Source: Candidatus Bathyarchaeota archaeon (GTDB taxonomy: Archaea; Thermoproteota; Bathyarchaeia; 40CM-2-53-6). From it: a stretch of 64,000 bases of DNA. Shown piece after piece: positions 62,716 to 64,000 of the stretch. The position numbers were made by a program, and so were the translations under genes. How positions within the stretch are numbered: the first letter of the stretch is position 1; each line of letters begins with the position of its first letter. The DNA lies in contig CAWHWX010000016.1 of NCBI GenBank assembly GCA_963833125.1, positions 64,001 through 128,000 of the forward strand. Reading direction: 5' to 3'. A model generated the notes under the pieces. It did no database searches. It saw only the letters and a program-made list of their open reading frames with translations, and had not been told where the DNA came from.

Positions 62716-64000
62716 TCGGCTATTTGGAATATCTTCCCTCTCGAGGGAGTTTCGATCTTCGCCGTGTCTGCGAGGTACTTGGCGTATAGGCCTGGGTATT
62801 CGGTGTGAATGGGGAATAGCCTACGAGGTTTGACTCTTTCGATACTCTTCTTCAGCTCGCTGGGCATGATGTGGCCTGAGCAATGTATGTGATACATTGG
62901 TAGACCAAAATGGTCTAGCCAATTCCTTAGCCTCTCGAACTCGAACTCTTGCTCCTCGTTGAAGGGTTCGGATGTTGAGAGTACAAATATGCTTCCCGCA
63001 TTCGGCCTGATGTCGACTAGTTCTTTGAAGTCAGGCATCGAGAAAGCTACAACAAACTTTCCCTGATCTCTTCGTAATTCTTCGCTATCGATTGTTCTGG
63101 ATTTCTCCATGACCTTTTCTTCCCAGTCGTAATACCTCTTTTTCGCTCTCCTGAATACCGCGATGTTGTCATCTCTTTCAAGTGGATTGGGTAGGTTCAG
63201 GTTTGAGTCTGTGGATAGTTGATTGAGGAGGTACGCCTGTTTCATCGAGATTGCAAGCACCCTATCATTTTCCTTGACCACTTCGAAGAAGCTGCGAATT
63301 CTATCTACGTCGACATTCGAGAAGTTGGCCAGGGCCAAGTTCTTTGTGTTTGAAACCAACTGGTTTAGTTTCGACTTTACTTCGCCTTCGCTGGTTACTT
63401 CGCCGCCGAGGATGTTAGTTCCTTCAGCGAGAAGGATTCTGGGCTCAGACTTGGCGGCGAGATCGAGAAAGTCGCCGGTCAGTTGTGGTTTTGTTCCATG
63501 CAATCTTAAGTCGGCTGTGTAAGCGACGGTTCCTTGCGAGGTTCTTACGATGAAACCGTAAGCCCCGGGGATGGAGTGGTCTACGTGGCAGGGGGTTACT
63601 TCAATGGTGCCAATTTTAACCGTCCTGCCGGTTCTGAATGTTTCAAAGTGAATCCCTCGAATGTCTGACTCGAAATGCCTAACCCTTGTTGCAGCTACTG
63701 ATTCCAATATTTGTGCACACGTTTCGCCGCAGTAAATTGGGATTTCTCGTTTCAGGAATGAGATGTAGCCCCAGTGGTCGCCGTGGGCATGGGAGAGGAA
63801 TACTGCGTTGATGGACGGTTGAGATTCTTCGAATGCGTAAATTCCCTTTATGTCTGGTAATATCCCGAACTCAAGCAAATCCCTCTCATCGCCAGGGGAC
63901 AGAATTGGGTCAACGAAGAATCGTCGTCGGTCGGCGTAGCTCATTCCGAAATCAAGCATAATTCGAGAACCTTTGTCCTCGACAAGAATCTTGTTTCCAC
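62712..64000 (-). CDS. RNase J-like beta-CASP/MBL hydrolase (5' partial)
   Basis: GNKIL..LDFG, SHAHGDH, VDHSIPG, HCSGH and PIHTE motifs. Confidence 0.88.
   Translation of the reverse strand, partial: GNKILVEDKGSRIMLDFGMSYADRRRFFVDPILSPGDERDLLEFGILPDIKGIYAFEESQPSINAVFLSHAHGDHWGYISFLKREIPIYCGETCAQILESVAATRVRHFESDIRGIHFETFRTGRTVKIGTIEVTPCHVDHSIPGAYGFIVRTSQGTVAYTADLRLHGTKPQLTGDFLDLAAKSEPRILLAEGTNILGGEVTSEGEVKSKLNQLVSNTKNLALANFSNVDVDRIRSFFEVVKENDRVLAISMKQAYLLNQLSTDSNLNLPNPLERDDNIAVFRRAKKRYYDWEEKVMEKSRTIDSEELRRDQGKFVVAFSMPDFKELVDIRPNAGSIFVLSTSEPFNEEQEFEFERLRNWLDHFGLPMYHIHCSGHIMPSELKKSIERVKPRRLFPIHTEYPGLYAKYLADTAKIETPSRGKIFQIAD

Noticed and set aside
1-64000. CRISPR array or cas genes
   Set aside because: No regularly spaced direct repeats or Cas motifs were seen; the periodicity at 12.4-13.3 kb is a protein repeat.
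7990-64000. Stop-codon reassignment (TAG as pyrrolysine or TGA recoding)
   Set aside because: TAG and TGA both end many full-length conserved genes (lhr, menF, menD, nitroreductase); only one in-frame TGA was noticed.

Overview
The window is a composite. Positions 1 to ~7,990 are bacterial-type fragments: the 3' end of a KAP P-loop NTPase, a Trp-rich duplicated-domain protein, a multi-HTH/Zn-finger regulator, an ECF sigma with a truncated zf-HC2 anti-sigma, and a candidate defence trio (ComEC-like MBL hydrolase, putative PD-(D/E)xK nuclease, hypothetical). Genes are cut off at ~4,450 and ~7,990, which look like contig junctions. From ~7,990 to 64,000 the DNA is archaeal, most like Bathyarchaeia by inference (RAD55-like ATPase, intron-containing tRNA-Ser and tRNA-Val, L40e, DUF2153, Lhr, archaeal AspRS, NusA-like). 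Many genes are broken by single-base indels, as expected from an unpolished long-read assembly. Two loci stand out. (1) A classical menaquinone cluster (menF-menD-menH-X-menB-menA, divergent menC) has no menE or menI in the window; gene X is a family III CoA-transferase that could replace both steps by moving CoA from DHNA-CoA to o-succinylbenzoate. (2) An AI-2 kinase (LsrK) is co-oriented with a class II aldolase and an acetoin/2-oxoacid dehydrogenase E1a/E1b/E2, next to two Zn-dehydrogenases, with no lsrF or lsrG in the window, suggesting an alternative route for DPD or deoxy-pentulose catabolism. All product calls come from motif recognition only; no searches were run.
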